Positions 48,534 through 58,992 of a DNA stretch of 64,000 nucleotides are shown piece by piece; within the stretch, counting starts at the first letter, position 1, and each line of letters begins with the position of its first letter. The notes beneath the pieces are model-generated. The model was not told the origin of the DNA. It was given only the letters and a program-made list of their open reading frames with translations, and ran no database searches. Made by a program: the position numbers and the translations under genes. The stretch is taken from the IMG/VR virus record IMGVR_UViG_3300032046_000001, positions 186,001 to 250,000 of that record, one strand, 5' to 3'.

Positions 48534-49724
48534 TTAAAATGCTGGATTTTCAGCTACTAATTGATAATAATCACGAACATCTTGTTGTGATACTCTAGCA
48601 TCTGGTTCACCAGATACATTACCAACTTCTTGTGTACGTCGTACTGAATTTGCAGTAACTCGTCTAAGACGTATTAATTCTGGTTCTGCATATGTTCCAA
48701 GTGTATTTATCGGAACTGGTGGTTCTCTACCAGTTTCGAGTTCTTTAATATATTCCTTTAATGATGGCCTACCACTTATTTCATTACCACCCTCATCAGC
48801 AACGAGAGTATCAAATAAACATCCAAATTCTATTCTTACATCACACATTCCCATATTTTGTTTATATGAAATAACTTGTTGATCTCCACCTTTTACTACA
48901 GTAATATTTCCAATATATGATTCTGGTAAATTTAATAGTCCAGGAACTCGAATTTTATGAAAAAATGGCCAACTATAAAATACACCATCTGAACTTTTCG
49001 GTAAAGCCAATAATAATAATGCACATAATGGTCCTGTAATATATTTCTTTGTAACCTCTAAATTTCCAGGATTTGGATTAAATAATCTTATTGTTATTGT
49101 GTATGATGGTGCAAAACCACTATTTTTCCAAATCTGCGGTAAATCAATTCTTCCACCAAGAGTTTTGTTTGCTAATGATACCGTGTTTTGTATAACAGAT
49201 CCTACTGGTCCCATTTTAGAAGTGACATCATTAAAACCTTTTGCTACAGTTTCTGCCATACCACCAATACCACCAACTACAGCTCCCATTACGTCTGAAC
49301 CAGCGGTGGATATAGGACGAATCGCTTTTCCAAATCTTCCCATTTCACCTAAAATTTTTTTTCCTGCCTGAGACCATGTTTTTGCCCCTAACATCTGTCC
49401 AAGTTGTGCTGCTTCTTCAGAAACAACTTGTAATCCACTTCCTAAAAAACTCTCAGCATAAAAGTTAGAAAAATTATCAGTTGGGAAGTTGTCTGATAAA
49501 AAAGCAACTTTCAGTGAATTTCCAGTTATACTATAACCATAATTATTTAAAATTTTTTTATAGGTTTCGATATCTGGATCTATTGTAAATAAGTTTTGAG
49601 ATAAATCACCTGGTTTAGATGGTATAATCTCCATGACTGGAAATGTACTTTTTATAATAACATCAGTCTCAGGTGTTGATGGAGGCAAACCGATTATTTC
49701 TGGTAGTGCTGTTAATTGTGGCAT
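48534..49724 (-). CDS. Putative baseplate/tail-tube initiator protein
   Basis: Follows the tape-measure-like gene; tube-like motifs (YTITIRLFNP, CDVRIEF); weak. Confidence 0.35.
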   Translation of the reverse strand: MPQLTALPEIIGLPPSTPETDVIIKSTFPVMEIIPSKPGDLSQNLFTIDPDIETYKKILNNYGYSITGNSLKVAFLSDNFPTDNFSNFYAESFLGSGLQVVSEEAAQLGQMLGAKTWSQAGKKILGEMGRFGKAIRPISTAGSDVMGAVVGGIGGMAETVAKGFNDVTSKMGPVGSVIQNTVSLANKTLGGRIDLPQIWKNSGFAPSYTITIRLFNPNPGNLEVTKKYITGPLCALLLLALPKSSDGVFYSWPFFHKIRVPGLLNLPESYIGNITVVKGGDQQVISYKQNMGMCDVRIEFGCLFDTLVADEGGNEISGRPSLKEYIKELETGREPPVPINTLGTYAEPELIRLRRVTANSVRRTQEVGNVSGEPDARVSQQDVRDYYQLVAENPAF

Positions 49725-52700
49725 TAATATAAATCTCCTTTTAATATTGATTCAATAATGGGATCAGTAGTAGTAGAAATTGGTGAATTACCACCAGACA
49801 CAGTTGATGTACTATTATTGAGATTATTTTTAATAACATTTATTATTTCATTTCTATTACCTATATTAGAACCATGTACAATCCTATTAAAATTTTCTTT
49901 CGCTTTCAATAAATCTTCACGATATTGTTCATCGTTTTTGTGTTTATTTTTTAACACTGCATCTATTGTATTTTTAATGCCATTATTTTTAATTATTTCT
50001 TTTTTAATTTCCATTCCAATAATTTTTGAATTTTCAATTACAGGAGTAATTTGTTCTTTCATTTCTGATGTATTTTCTTTAAAACTACCCCAAAAATTTT
50101 CACCAATTTCAGATAACTGAGAAGAAAATGGTTGATTTTCCCTTTTAATACTTTTTAAATAATCCTGAGTTGATTTATCTTGTTCAGCAGATTGCATCAT
50201 ATCAGCATATGAATACGCTCCAGCTTGTTTTTCCAAAACATCGCTGTATCTCATTGTTGGATCATGTAACATTGTCAATTCTCTATTAACCCTATCATTC
50301 ATTACATGTTCAGCTTCTTCTTTATATACTGATGCTTTAATTCCCAATAAATTTATTAAGTCACTAGGTGGAATATTTCTCGCACCAAACATATATTTCA
50401 ATCTATCTTCAAAAGAAAGTTTTCCAGTTTTATCTAAAACTTGATATGCTGTACTGATTTTACCTTGATATTCATATAATTGATTATTCGCCACCATCGA
50501 ACTAAATTTTTCAGAAATATTATCCTTTCCAAATCTAGTTAACATACTATACGCTTCAGGCGTCAAATTTTTCTTTATAGTTTCAGCAAATGCCTTGTTT
50601 TGTACATCACGAGCTTCTTCGGCTTTTAAACCATGAATACGTGCTTCTTTAATTTGTGCCCCCAAACCAATTTTTTCAAAAGCACCAACTTCTAATTTTG
50701 TTAATAAAGGAGCTTCAACTTCAAAATATTCATCTTTAAGTACCCATTTTTTATGTTTATTTTGAATTATTTGTCCTGTTTGTTGTAAATATAAAAATCT
50801 ATCTGCAACACCGACTGGATTATTAGGATCTAATAATTTAAATGCCTCACCACTCATATGTTTTTTCTTATTTTTTAAATATATTGATCCAGTCTCCTCA
50901 GCAACGTTTCTGTGTGCTTCTCTTGTTTGCTCTACTTGATTTCTTAACCAGGTTTCTCTATCATATCCAAATAGTTTAAGTGGTTTTGATGCCATTAATT
51001 GTGCAGATGTAATAAGTTTTTCAGTTGCTGTTATTTTTTGACCAGGAACACCAAATTTGGCCTCAAATTCTTTACCAAAAACATTACTATACATTTCACC
51101 CAATAATCCCCAACTTTCAGACATTTTCATCCTTTCGACAAGTGATGCTTTTTCGTATGCCTCAAGTCTTTTTTCCCTACGTTTTTTATCTTCTTCTTCA
51201 AATTCAAATGCCTTCTTTTTACCACCGCCTCCGAGTGTTGCTTTTATTGAGTCAATTATTTTTGGAAAATATTCATTTAATTTTTCACCAATTTTATTAC
51301 CCACATACAAAGCTATACCTGTACCTAATGCTGCTTTTACTGGATCTGGTATAAGACCCCATGCAGTGGTGAGTAATCCTACTAATGAACCACCAAGCCA
51401 CTTTATCGCATCCCAAATATAACTACCAGCTCTTTTAACATAATTTTTAAATTTGATTCCTAAATCGAATATACTGTCTTTAATATGTTTTAAAAATTTC
51501 AAAGCTTTTTGGGCATATGGCGATTCTGAAATATTTTTACGTACAGATGATAGATCTTTCTTGACAGATTTTAAAATAGTTGTATTTTTTCTATTATCTT
51601 CTTGTTGTATATAACTGCCTTTTAATAATTTTTTCTGAAATTCTTTTTCACGATTCATATATATTTCATAAACGTCTTTATTTACAGACTGTTTTACAAG
51701 AATTTCAATTTGATATAACATTTTCATTTGAATATCAATTAATGTGGCAAATCGATCAGTAATATTCAATAAACTTATTTCTTGTGATGGAAGATGAGCA
51801 CCAGTTTTCCCACCTTTACCAAACATCTTCTTAACACCACGATATTCCCAAGCAGCAATCTTACCAATACCTTTTGCTCCTCGACCAAGAAGTCTCATAA
51901 ACGCACCAGCAATCGTATATTCAGGATACGTTTTATGAAGAGCTGTTTTATATTTTTTTCCTGTAAATGCCGATGCCATATCTTGTGTGGCTGTTAGTTG
52001 TTGTGTTAATAGTTGGATTATTGTATCATATTTATCCATTGAAAAAACAAAAGTAGTATTAAGAATATCTCTCGTTGCGTTAAAAGCGTTTGGATCTTTA
52101 GAAAGAAACTTTTTATAACCACCTCTTCTGGTAAATGGAAAATTAATTAATCCTCTTGCTCTCCCAATAAACCAACTACTCATTGAATATACAAATCTAA
52201 GTGCTGGATGTTTCAGTAAAAAATCTTGAAACATACTGGAAATCCACTCACGAAATCCCTTAGTATATCCAGCTAAAGCAATACGAATTTCAACTAAACT
52301 CTCAAGAATCTCTCTATTATATACTCTATTACTTGTATCTAATTTCTGAACACTCTTTGATACTCTATCAGTTTGTTGAATATTAAATTTTTTGAACATC
52401 GTATTGAATTTATCTTCATATTTTTCATCAATACGATCTAATAGTTTATCAATTGGCATTACAACTTCAGCAGCATGTAATCTTGTTAAACCACCTTTGG
52501 AAACATAGCCACCTTTTGCCATTTTTGGAATTTTTTCATCAAACGATTCTTTCTTTTTTAAACCAACTACTCTTTTCAATCCACCCCAAGTACCTGTTAT
52601 TATTCCTCGAAGTTTATCAACAACACTTCTAATAGCAGTGATAAAACCATCTTTTATTTTTTTCATAGTATTTTGAAACGCTTCAGTTTCAAAAAATTTA

Positions 52701-53032
52701 CTTACGAAGTATCCAAATACTGGACTGGCTTGGGTTATTGATAATGCCATCAAATTTTTTTTATTGACACTAATATCTTGTCCGATTTGTTTACTATATT
52801 GATCGAGTGTTTCTTTTGTATAGCGAACAGCATTACTTGCAACCTTTTCTATACTACTAGTCGCAGCTTCAACAGCACCAGCGAGTTTTCCCAGAACTTT
52901 ATTGGTTGTTGAGACAATTTGTTGTTGTCCTTCAACCTTATTTTCTAGTTTATTCAGAGTTGCGCTCATAGAATTTATTCTTTTCGCTTGATTCCGAACT
53001 TCACTATCGGCAACAAATTTTTTGTCTGCCAT
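49724..53032 (-). CDS. Tape-measure-like protein
   Basis: 1102 aa, helical/coiled with Gly-rich amphipathic segments; AKGGYV..GG..RLHAAEVVMP motif. Confidence 0.55.
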   Translation of the reverse strand: MADKKFVADSEVRNQAKRINSMSATLNKLENKVEGQQQIVSTTNKVLGKLAGAVEAATSSIEKVASNAVRYTKETLDQYSKQIGQDISVNKKNLMALSITQASPVFGYFVSKFFETEAFQNTMKKIKDGFITAIRSVVDKLRGIITGTWGGLKRVVGLKKKESFDEKIPKMAKGGYVSKGGLTRLHAAEVVMPIDKLLDRIDEKYEDKFNTMFKKFNIQQTDRVSKSVQKLDTSNRVYNREILESLVEIRIALAGYTKGFREWISSMFQDFLLKHPALRFVYSMSSWFIGRARGLINFPFTRRGGYKKFLSKDPNAFNATRDILNTTFVFSMDKYDTIIQLLTQQLTATQDMASAFTGKKYKTALHKTYPEYTIAGAFMRLLGRGAKGIGKIAAWEYRGVKKMFGKGGKTGAHLPSQEISLLNITDRFATLIDIQMKMLYQIEILVKQSVNKDVYEIYMNREKEFQKKLLKGSYIQQEDNRKNTTILKSVKKDLSSVRKNISESPYAQKALKFLKHIKDSIFDLGIKFKNYVKRAGSYIWDAIKWLGGSLVGLLTTAWGLIPDPVKAALGTGIALYVGNKIGEKLNEYFPKIIDSIKATLGGGGKKKAFEFEEEDKKRREKRLEAYEKASLVERMKMSESWGLLGEMYSNVFGKEFEAKFGVPGQKITATEKLITSAQLMASKPLKLFGYDRETWLRNQVEQTREAHRNVAEETGSIYLKNKKKHMSGEAFKLLDPNNPVGVADRFLYLQQTGQIIQNKHKKWVLKDEYFEVEAPLLTKLEVGAFEKIGLGAQIKEARIHGLKAEEARDVQNKAFAETIKKNLTPEAYSMLTRFGKDNISEKFSSMVANNQLYEYQGKISTAYQVLDKTGKLSFEDRLKYMFGARNIPPSDLINLLGIKASVYKEEAEHVMNDRVNRELTMLHDPTMRYSDVLEKQAGAYSYADMMQSAEQDKSTQDYLKSIKRENQPFSSQLSEIGENFWGSFKENTSEMKEQITPVIENSKIIGMEIKKEIIKNNGIKNTIDAVLKNKHKNDEQYREDLLKAKENFNRIVHGSNIGNRNEIINVIKNNLNNSTSTVSGGNSPISTTTDPIIESILKGDLY

Positions 53033-53044
53033 TATTCAAACTCC

Positions 53045-53968
53045 TTATGAAAGTAATTTAAAAACTTTATAAACATCAGCCATATCAGTTCCTGGAATTT
53101 CAGAATAAACTGAAATTACTTCTGATGGAAAAAGTAATTCCTGAACCGCTACATTTTTTACATCTATACCTCCAAAAACATTTTTATATGATCTATCAAT
53201 TGATGATAAAATATGACTAAAAGTACTAATATTTTTTATAAATATACTAACACTCTTAGTAAATAATTTAATTAAGACAATATATTGATTCGCTAATGTG
53301 TCGAATGCTTTGGAATCTAAAGTAGAATATGATTTTAATGACATTAATTTTTTATGATACTTGGTTAATATCTTGTTATCAATATTTTTTTCTTTTTCTA
53401 CTTTTTCAAATAAAAATTTTATTATTGATTCTATTTCAAGATCAAATACACCTTTTAATTTAAACGTATCTTGAAAATAAAAATAATAAAAATCAAATAA
53501 TTTTTTTCTGAATATACTTATAAATTTATCTGGATGATTTGCCGCAAACATATGCATAGTTTCATGAACTAATATTTCACTTAATAGATTGTTATCAACA
53601 AATCCATATTTATTTATTGAATTACTAATCAGTATATAAATTTTATTACTGTCAATTTCATAGAAACCAAATACTTGTCGAAATTCTTCTCTAAAATATT
53701 GTTCTTCTGAACGAATTCTGTCCGTTGGATGTAATCTATATAATATTGTTGATACGATTCCTTTTGTTAAAAAACACGGTACAACAATATTATTATTAAC
53801 AAGTTTTGTTAAACTTTCAATTATTGGTTTCATCTTATTAGTTTTATACATCGATTTAAGAAATGAGTTTCTGATATGATTTGATGTATATAACTTTAAA
53901 TTTCCAAATATTGGTATAGAGTGTAATCCAACGGGAGGAGCAAATAACTCACTGATATTATTATTCAA
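53045..53968 (-). CDS. Putative zincin-like metallopeptidase
   Basis: ILVHETMHMF (HExxH). Confidence 0.5.
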   Translation of the reverse strand: MNNNISELFAPPVGLHSIPIFGNLKLYTSNHIRNSFLKSMYKTNKMKPIIESLTKLVNNNIVVPCFLTKGIVSTILYRLHPTDRIRSEEQYFREEFRQVFGFYEIDSNKIYILISNSINKYGFVDNNLLSEILVHETMHMFAANHPDKFISIFRKKLFDFYYFYFQDTFKLKGVFDLEIESIIKFLFEKVEKEKNIDNKILTKYHKKLMSLKSYSTLDSKAFDTLANQYIVLIKLFTKSVSIFIKNISTFSHILSSIDRSYKNVFGGIDVKNVAVQELLFPSEVISVYSEIPGTDMADVYKVFKLLS

Positions 53969-53979
53969 TATATCACCTC

Positions 53980-55653
53980 CTAATCTTTGTTAATTATATC
54001 AAATACATCTATCACAGAATAATTACCGTATTTAGTGACTTTTGAATTTGTTATTTGATCTTTTATCTTTTTAATAATAGAAAAATTATCAACTTCTCTT
54101 ATACCACTATTATCGAATGGATTATTATCATCATTATTTAATCTAAGAATATTATCAAAATCCATCAATTCTTCATATCTAGTGTCAGCTTCAATGATCA
54201 ATGGAGGATCATATTTACGAACAAAATAACAAAATGCCGCAGCCATAACTAAATCATCATGGCATCCCTCGTCTGCTTCAACTTTCCCACTTGGTTTTGT
54301 TATTAAACCTATTAATTCTAGAGCTAAATTTTTTGATTTTATAGTTGTTGGAAATTGACTAACATATGAATATAATGCATCAATAACCAATGGTCTGTTC
54401 TGTCTATCTAAAAAAATACCTGGAATAATATTTGTTATTTCTCCTGCTTTATTTCTTTTTTTCTCTTTATATAACATGGTGTGATATGTACTTCTATTAA
54501 GAGTCTCCATTACTTGATTTCCAACACCATTATTCTCTATCACTAACGTTCCTGGATATGTTGCACAAGCAAGTTCTACTATTTTACACAAATCGATAAC
54601 TTCACATTTAGAGTGATATTCCCAAACTTGTGTCATTGAAATATAATCAAAAATTACTATAGTCGATTTATCTTCACCATTCAAAGTTGCAGTATCAACA
54701 CCAATTATATAATGCCTATTGGGTACTGGTTTTTCATAAATTCTTATTTCACCATTGAATATTTTATGAATTTCAATTGGATCAACAGGATTATCCTGTA
54801 GAACAATATTTGTTTTTTCATCAAAGAATGAACCCGATGTCGGTAAAAATTTTAACTCTAATTCTTGCTGGATTTTTCTAAGATCATTATCAAAGAGTCT
54901 GCATTGCGTTTGATACCATTCTTCATTTAGTTCCTTAATCATCTTCCAATGGATTATGAAAGGTTTGAAGATATCATTACCTGCAACGGCATTTTGATAT
55001 CTGCTATAAAAAAACTTTCCAGTACCAACTGTTTTATTTGGTGTACTCAAAATTATTGTTCCATATGGTACATCATTTTCTTTGGCAGATTTTTGATTAG
55101 TTGCTAAAGCTGGCACCATTCCTGTCCAAGCATCATCTAATTTTTGAACAAATGCCGCTTCATCAATAACTAAAAAAGTAATACTTTCACCACGAAAACA
55201 ATTCATAGGATTTTTGGGGTCAATTGGAGAGTTATATACTTTGCTACCATTTTTTAATATAAAAGATCGTTCATTTCTCTTTTCAAATTTTGGTCGCATC
55301 CATGAAGGTAATTTATCAATAAATCCAGCTATAAATCTTGAAAATTTTGTTGCTGCTGGTCCATCTTTGGAAATTATTCCAACAACAGCATTATCATGAA
55401 AAACTACTAACCATGAAATATATGCTTGAATTATTGTACTAATACCAATTTGTCGAGATTTTACAACTATAACATAATGTTCTTCATTTATAGTTTTAAT
55501 TAATTCTAATTGTTTATCATATGGTTTTATTTTTACATCACCACCAGGAAGTTCCAAAAGAATGTCGTTGGAAATATAATGATTAAAATTATTTTTACAT
55601 TTCAAATATTCACTGACATTATCCTCCATTATTTTTATTTTTTCATTTTTCAT
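53980..55653 (-). CDS. terL: Terminase large subunit (T4 gp17-like)
   Basis: KSRQIGIST, FLVIDEAAF (Walker B), ILSTPN, IIGVDTA, HDDLVMA. Confidence 0.92.
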   Translation of the reverse strand: MKNEKIKIMEDNVSEYLKCKNNFNHYISNDILLELPGGDVKIKPYDKQLELIKTINEEHYVIVVKSRQIGISTIIQAYISWLVVFHDNAVVGIISKDGPAATKFSRFIAGFIDKLPSWMRPKFEKRNERSFILKNGSKVYNSPIDPKNPMNCFRGESITFLVIDEAAFVQKLDDAWTGMVPALATNQKSAKENDVPYGTIILSTPNKTVGTGKFFYSRYQNAVAGNDIFKPFIIHWKMIKELNEEWYQTQCRLFDNDLRKIQQELELKFLPTSGSFFDEKTNIVLQDNPVDPIEIHKIFNGEIRIYEKPVPNRHYIIGVDTATLNGEDKSTIVIFDYISMTQVWEYHSKCEVIDLCKIVELACATYPGTLVIENNGVGNQVMETLNRSTYHTMLYKEKKRNKAGEITNIIPGIFLDRQNRPLVIDALYSYVSQFPTTIKSKNLALELIGLITKPSGKVEADEGCHDDLVMAAAFCYFVRKYDPPLIIEADTRYEELMDFDNILRLNNDDNNPFDNSGIREVDNFSIIKKIKDQITNSKVTKYGNYSVIDVFDIINKD

Positions 55654-56446
55654 TTTTTGTTTCCCTACAATTTAATTTTTTTAATTTTATATTTGATATT
55701 GTTGATATACAAACATTATGTTTTTTAGCCATCTGCCTATAATTTAATTCTTTTTTTTCTATCTCAATTTGAATATCTATAATTTTTTGATCCGTTAATT
55801 TAAAATTTGGATTGTCTTTACAGAAAAGACCTTTACCAAAATTAGGATTATTTTCACCAATATATTTTCCTTTTTTGGACTCACTCATTTTATTTTTTGA
55901 TTTTTCTGAAAAAAATTTTCCCTTTTTAGATTCACTCATCTTCTTTTTTGATTCTTCTGAATGATGTTTACCAAAATTTGATGATTTTTCTCCTTTTTGT
56001 TTTTCACTTATTATTTTTTTTATTTCTTTACTATGTTGTTTTTTAAAAAATGGATTATTTTCACCTTTTACTTTTTCACTTATTTTTTTTCTTGTTTGGT
56101 ATGAAGTAATTTTACCACTGCTTCCTTCACCGCCATTGGTCATATTTAAAAGTGAACCAGTTCCTAAATCAATTCTTCCTATTTCTTGGATCAATTTTAT
56201 TTCAAGTTCAAAAGATTCTTCTTCATTTAAATTTTCATATAATTTAAAAACTACTGATTGTAATTTAGATTGTTTGATTTTATTTATTTTATTTTTAAAA
56301 AATAAATTTCTTCCATGTTCAATTGAATATCTTCTATCTTTACCTTTTCCAATATAAAATGGTTCGAATAAGAAACAAATATCTTCATAACAATACTTTC
56401 CAGATTTTCTTGGATCAAGATAAATATAAATATAAAAATTATTCAT
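55643..56446 (-). CDS. GIY-YIG-like homing endonuclease with NUMOD3 repeats
   Basis: YIYIYLDPRK...YIGKGK; GKHHSEESKKKMSESKKG. Confidence 0.8.
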   Translation of the reverse strand: MNNFYIYIYLDPRKSGKYCYEDICFLFEPFYIGKGKDRRYSIEHGRNLFFKNKINKIKQSKLQSVVFKLYENLNEEESFELEIKLIQEIGRIDLGTGSLLNMTNGGEGSSGKITSYQTRKKISEKVKGENNPFFKKQHSKEIKKIISEKQKGEKSSNFGKHHSEESKKKMSESKKGKFFSEKSKNKMSESKKGKYIGENNPNFGKGLFCKDNPNFKLTDQKIIDIQIEIEKKELNYRQMAKKHNVCISTISNIKLKKLNCRETKNEK

Positions 56447-56473
56447 CTTTTAAAATTTCCTTTATCAAATTAT

Positions 56474-57718
56474 TCATACAGTATATCTATTCGATCTAAT
56501 CAGATAAAGAACGGCTACTAAGTTCCAATCTCTTGTTCTATGAAAATTTAATAATACTGATTTCATAATATATTTTCCAACAAGATTAATATATTCTGAT
56601 GTTTCAGTATTAAATTTCACACACTCACCAACAGAATCAATCAATGTTAAAAAATTAATATCTCGTTCCAAACGAAAATTAATATTTGCCATATTTGCTA
56701 TGATTTTAGACATAGTTGAGATTACAAATGTATTATCTTTATTATATCCAGTATGTTGAACATAATATCTTGTTCGATCATCAATATTTGGATCTAATTT
56801 AATCTGTTTATTTTTATCAATTAACCCATACTTGGTTGCTATATTTTCTAAATCTTCTTCTATTTTATAATATAAAGTGTCAACTGGTTTTGATATATAT
56901 TTAATATTTTTTGAAAATATAGAAAATTTTGTATTGTCAGAATTATCGATGTTGATTGCATCATAAGTATAGAATGTTTTTCCGTCACTTGTTTTCTTTA
57001 TTTTTTCTAAATTATTAGAATCACTAGCTAATTGATAAAAAGTACATTTTGGAGTTTCATTCATTTTCTGCGTCAAATTATTAACATGTACTTCATTATT
57101 ATAACGACAATGACTATGTGTGATTCCTTTAAAAATACCGAATGTTTCATCAAGAGAATTAATAGCATTAGTCAATGTAGTTGGTGGAATAATTACTTGA
57201 TCAATCACAGTATTATTTAGATTTGCTGAATCTAAAACTAATTTAGAATTTGTTTTTGTTGATTTTACAAGATCTTGTAAAATATTACTGATTGTTTTTC
57301 CAATGAAAATTTTATTAACAAGCGAAGACATTGTTTTAAAAGGTTTTCTTGTTACACATGTTAATGGGAATGATACGCGCTCAGTTTGTTTATCTGTATA
57401 TATCTGGGGGCTGATTGGTATAGAATATTCAGATTTTAAAAACATCAATTCTAAATCTATTCGTTGTCCGGCCATCCCTTCTCCTTCACCAACATTAATA
57501 ATTGAAAGTTTTATTGGATCTTCGCCATTTATGTTTGTGATAATATCTCTTGCATCAACAAATATTGTCATTTTTACTATAGTGTATATAGAATTGATTG
57601 TTTCAATGACTTGACAATCAACAAGATCGTTAGAATAATCAGTATTCTTAATATGTAGTTGGATATCATATTTTCTACTTGGGACAAATTGTCTTTTATC
57701 TATTTGATTTGGCAACAC
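56474..57718 (-). CDS. Putative baseplate hub protein (gp27-like)
   Basis: Size and context; weak motif similarity. Confidence 0.4.
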   Translation of the reverse strand: MLPNQIDKRQFVPSRKYDIQLHIKNTDYSNDLVDCQVIETINSIYTIVKMTIFVDARDIITNINGEDPIKLSIINVGEGEGMAGQRIDLELMFLKSEYSIPISPQIYTDKQTERVSFPLTCVTRKPFKTMSSLVNKIFIGKTISNILQDLVKSTKTNSKLVLDSANLNNTVIDQVIIPPTTLTNAINSLDETFGIFKGITHSHCRYNNEVHVNNLTQKMNETPKCTFYQLASDSNNLEKIKKTSDGKTFYTYDAINIDNSDNTKFSIFSKNIKYISKPVDTLYYKIEEDLENIATKYGLIDKNKQIKLDPNIDDRTRYYVQHTGYNKDNTFVISTMSKIIANMANINFRLERDINFLTLIDSVGECVKFNTETSEYINLVGKYIMKSVLLNFHRTRDWNLVAVLYLIRSNRYTV

Positions 57719-57725
57719 CGTTCTC

Positions 57726-58595
57726 CTATATTTTGATATGATTCCACGTTATACCAGTTTTTATATTTGAGATTGTTTTTCGATTAACTCCAAATATATC
57801 AGCAATTTCTCTTTGTAATAATTTTCCTTCTTTTAATAATAATTTTATCTGAATAACATCTTGTGATATTAATATTGAATTATAATTTTTTTCACCTTTT
57901 TGATTTAATTCTCCATTTTTATATTTTTCTTTTATTGTTTCACTAATTTTTTTTCTTGCATCTTCATCTACACAAATAGAACAACTACATCCTTGTTGAA
58001 AATGATTCCAGTTAATAGAACCTTTATGTCCTTTTGGACATGTATATTCTAATATTGTTTCATTATTTTTATAATCTTTTTCTTCTGATAGTAAAATATA
58101 TTTTCTTTTTTCAAATTCATTTTTTATATAAGAGAAATTTTTTCTATTTTTCTCACCTATTTTATTTTTAGTTTCTTTTAATAAATGTTTTCCAAAATTC
58201 GGATGATTTTCACCTCTATTTATTTCGCTTAATTTTTGTTTTGTTTCTTCTGTATGTTTATAACCACTTATTCCTTCACCACCATCTGTAATATTAACTA
58301 GAATTCCTGGATTTTTTATATTAATTTCATTTATCAATTCAACTTCTTTTTCAAATGATTTTTCTTCATTTAAATTCTCATATAATTTAAAAAAAATTAG
58401 TTCCAATCCAGATGATTTTATTTTATTAATTTTTCTTATAAAATAATCACTTCTTCTGTTTTCACCAATTTCTTTCCATCTTTCATTACTTCCCTTACCG
58501 ACATACATTGGTTTATATAAAAAACTAAAATTTTCATAACAATACTGTCCCGATGTTCTCGGATCTAAGTAAATATAAATATAAAATTCATTCAT
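57726..58595 (-). CDS. GIY-YIG-like homing endonuclease (NUMOD3 + TCPKGH + HTH)
   Basis: YIYIYLDPR...YVGKG; HTEETKQKLSE; YTCPKGH; QREIADIFGV. Confidence 0.8.
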   Translation of the reverse strand: MNEFYIYIYLDPRTSGQYCYENFSFLYKPMYVGKGSNERWKEIGENRRSDYFIRKINKIKSSGLELIFFKLYENLNEEKSFEKEVELINEINIKNPGILVNITDGGEGISGYKHTEETKQKLSEINRGENHPNFGKHLLKETKNKIGEKNRKNFSYIKNEFEKRKYILLSEEKDYKNNETILEYTCPKGHKGSINWNHFQQGCSCSICVDEDARKKISETIKEKYKNGELNQKGEKNYNSILISQDVIQIKLLLKEGKLLQREIADIFGVNRKTISNIKTGITWNHIKI

Positions 58596-58631
58596 TTCAA
58601 ACTCCTTGTTTGTTTATTCCCTTGAATTTTT

Positions 58632-58689
58632 AAAGAGAGCAGGATAATCAAGGTTTTATCTTTTCGATTCGCGTAATCTATCTCTCTTA
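58632..58689 (-). promoter_or_regulatory. Candidate structured 5' leader upstream of the endonuclease gene
   Basis: Outer stem AAGAGAG/CTCTCTT; homologous to 19382-19440. Confidence 0.5.
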
Positions 58690-58702
58690 TTAATTTGTTC
58701 CC
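58690..58702 (-). promoter_or_regulatory. Candidate late promoter GGGAACAAATTAA
   Basis: Head of the - strand morphogenesis block; same core as 35830 and 38130. Confidence 0.45.
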
Positions 58703-58741
58703 ATATAAAAGACAAAAAAAAAATAAAGTGATAAAATAGAA

Positions 58742-58777
58742 TAACTACCATAACATCTTCGGGTGTTATGGTAGTTA
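58742..58777 (-). terminator. Intrinsic terminator
   Basis: TAACTACCATAACA / TGTTATGGTAGTTA 14-bp stem; T tract follows on the - strand. Confidence 0.75.
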
Positions 58778-58806
58778 AATATCAATAGAATTAATATAAT
58801 ATCATT

Positions 58807-58992
58807 TCATTTTGAAAATAGAAGTAATCCATAAATAATAGTGTTAATTACAACGACAACAAGTCCTAATGATTCTTCTTTACTTATTCCTTTTCTGAGT
58901 CCACCAATGGCACAAAGTACCATAAAGATTGTTAATATAATGAACCATCCGTAATAAAGCGTGTTCATCGAGATCGTCATAGTCATAATCAT
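58807..58992 (-). CDS. Small membrane protein
   Basis: GGAG SD; two hydrophobic helices. Confidence 0.55.
   Translation of the reverse strand: MIMTMTISMNTLYYGWFIILTIFMVLCAIGGLRKGISKEESLGLVVVVINTIIYGLLLFSK

Noticed and set aside
49099-51997. Plus-strand ORFs 49099, 49758, 51025, 51057, 51580 and 51794
   Set aside because: Antisense shadows of long - strand genes; no SD or recognisable motifs. The same applies to most short opposite-strand ORFs in the track (e.g. 504-695, 9357-9656, 39689-39988).
53980-56446. Intron or intein in the terminase
   Set aside because: The terminase motifs are contiguous in one 557-aa ORF; the adjacent endonuclease is free-standing with an 11-nt overlap.
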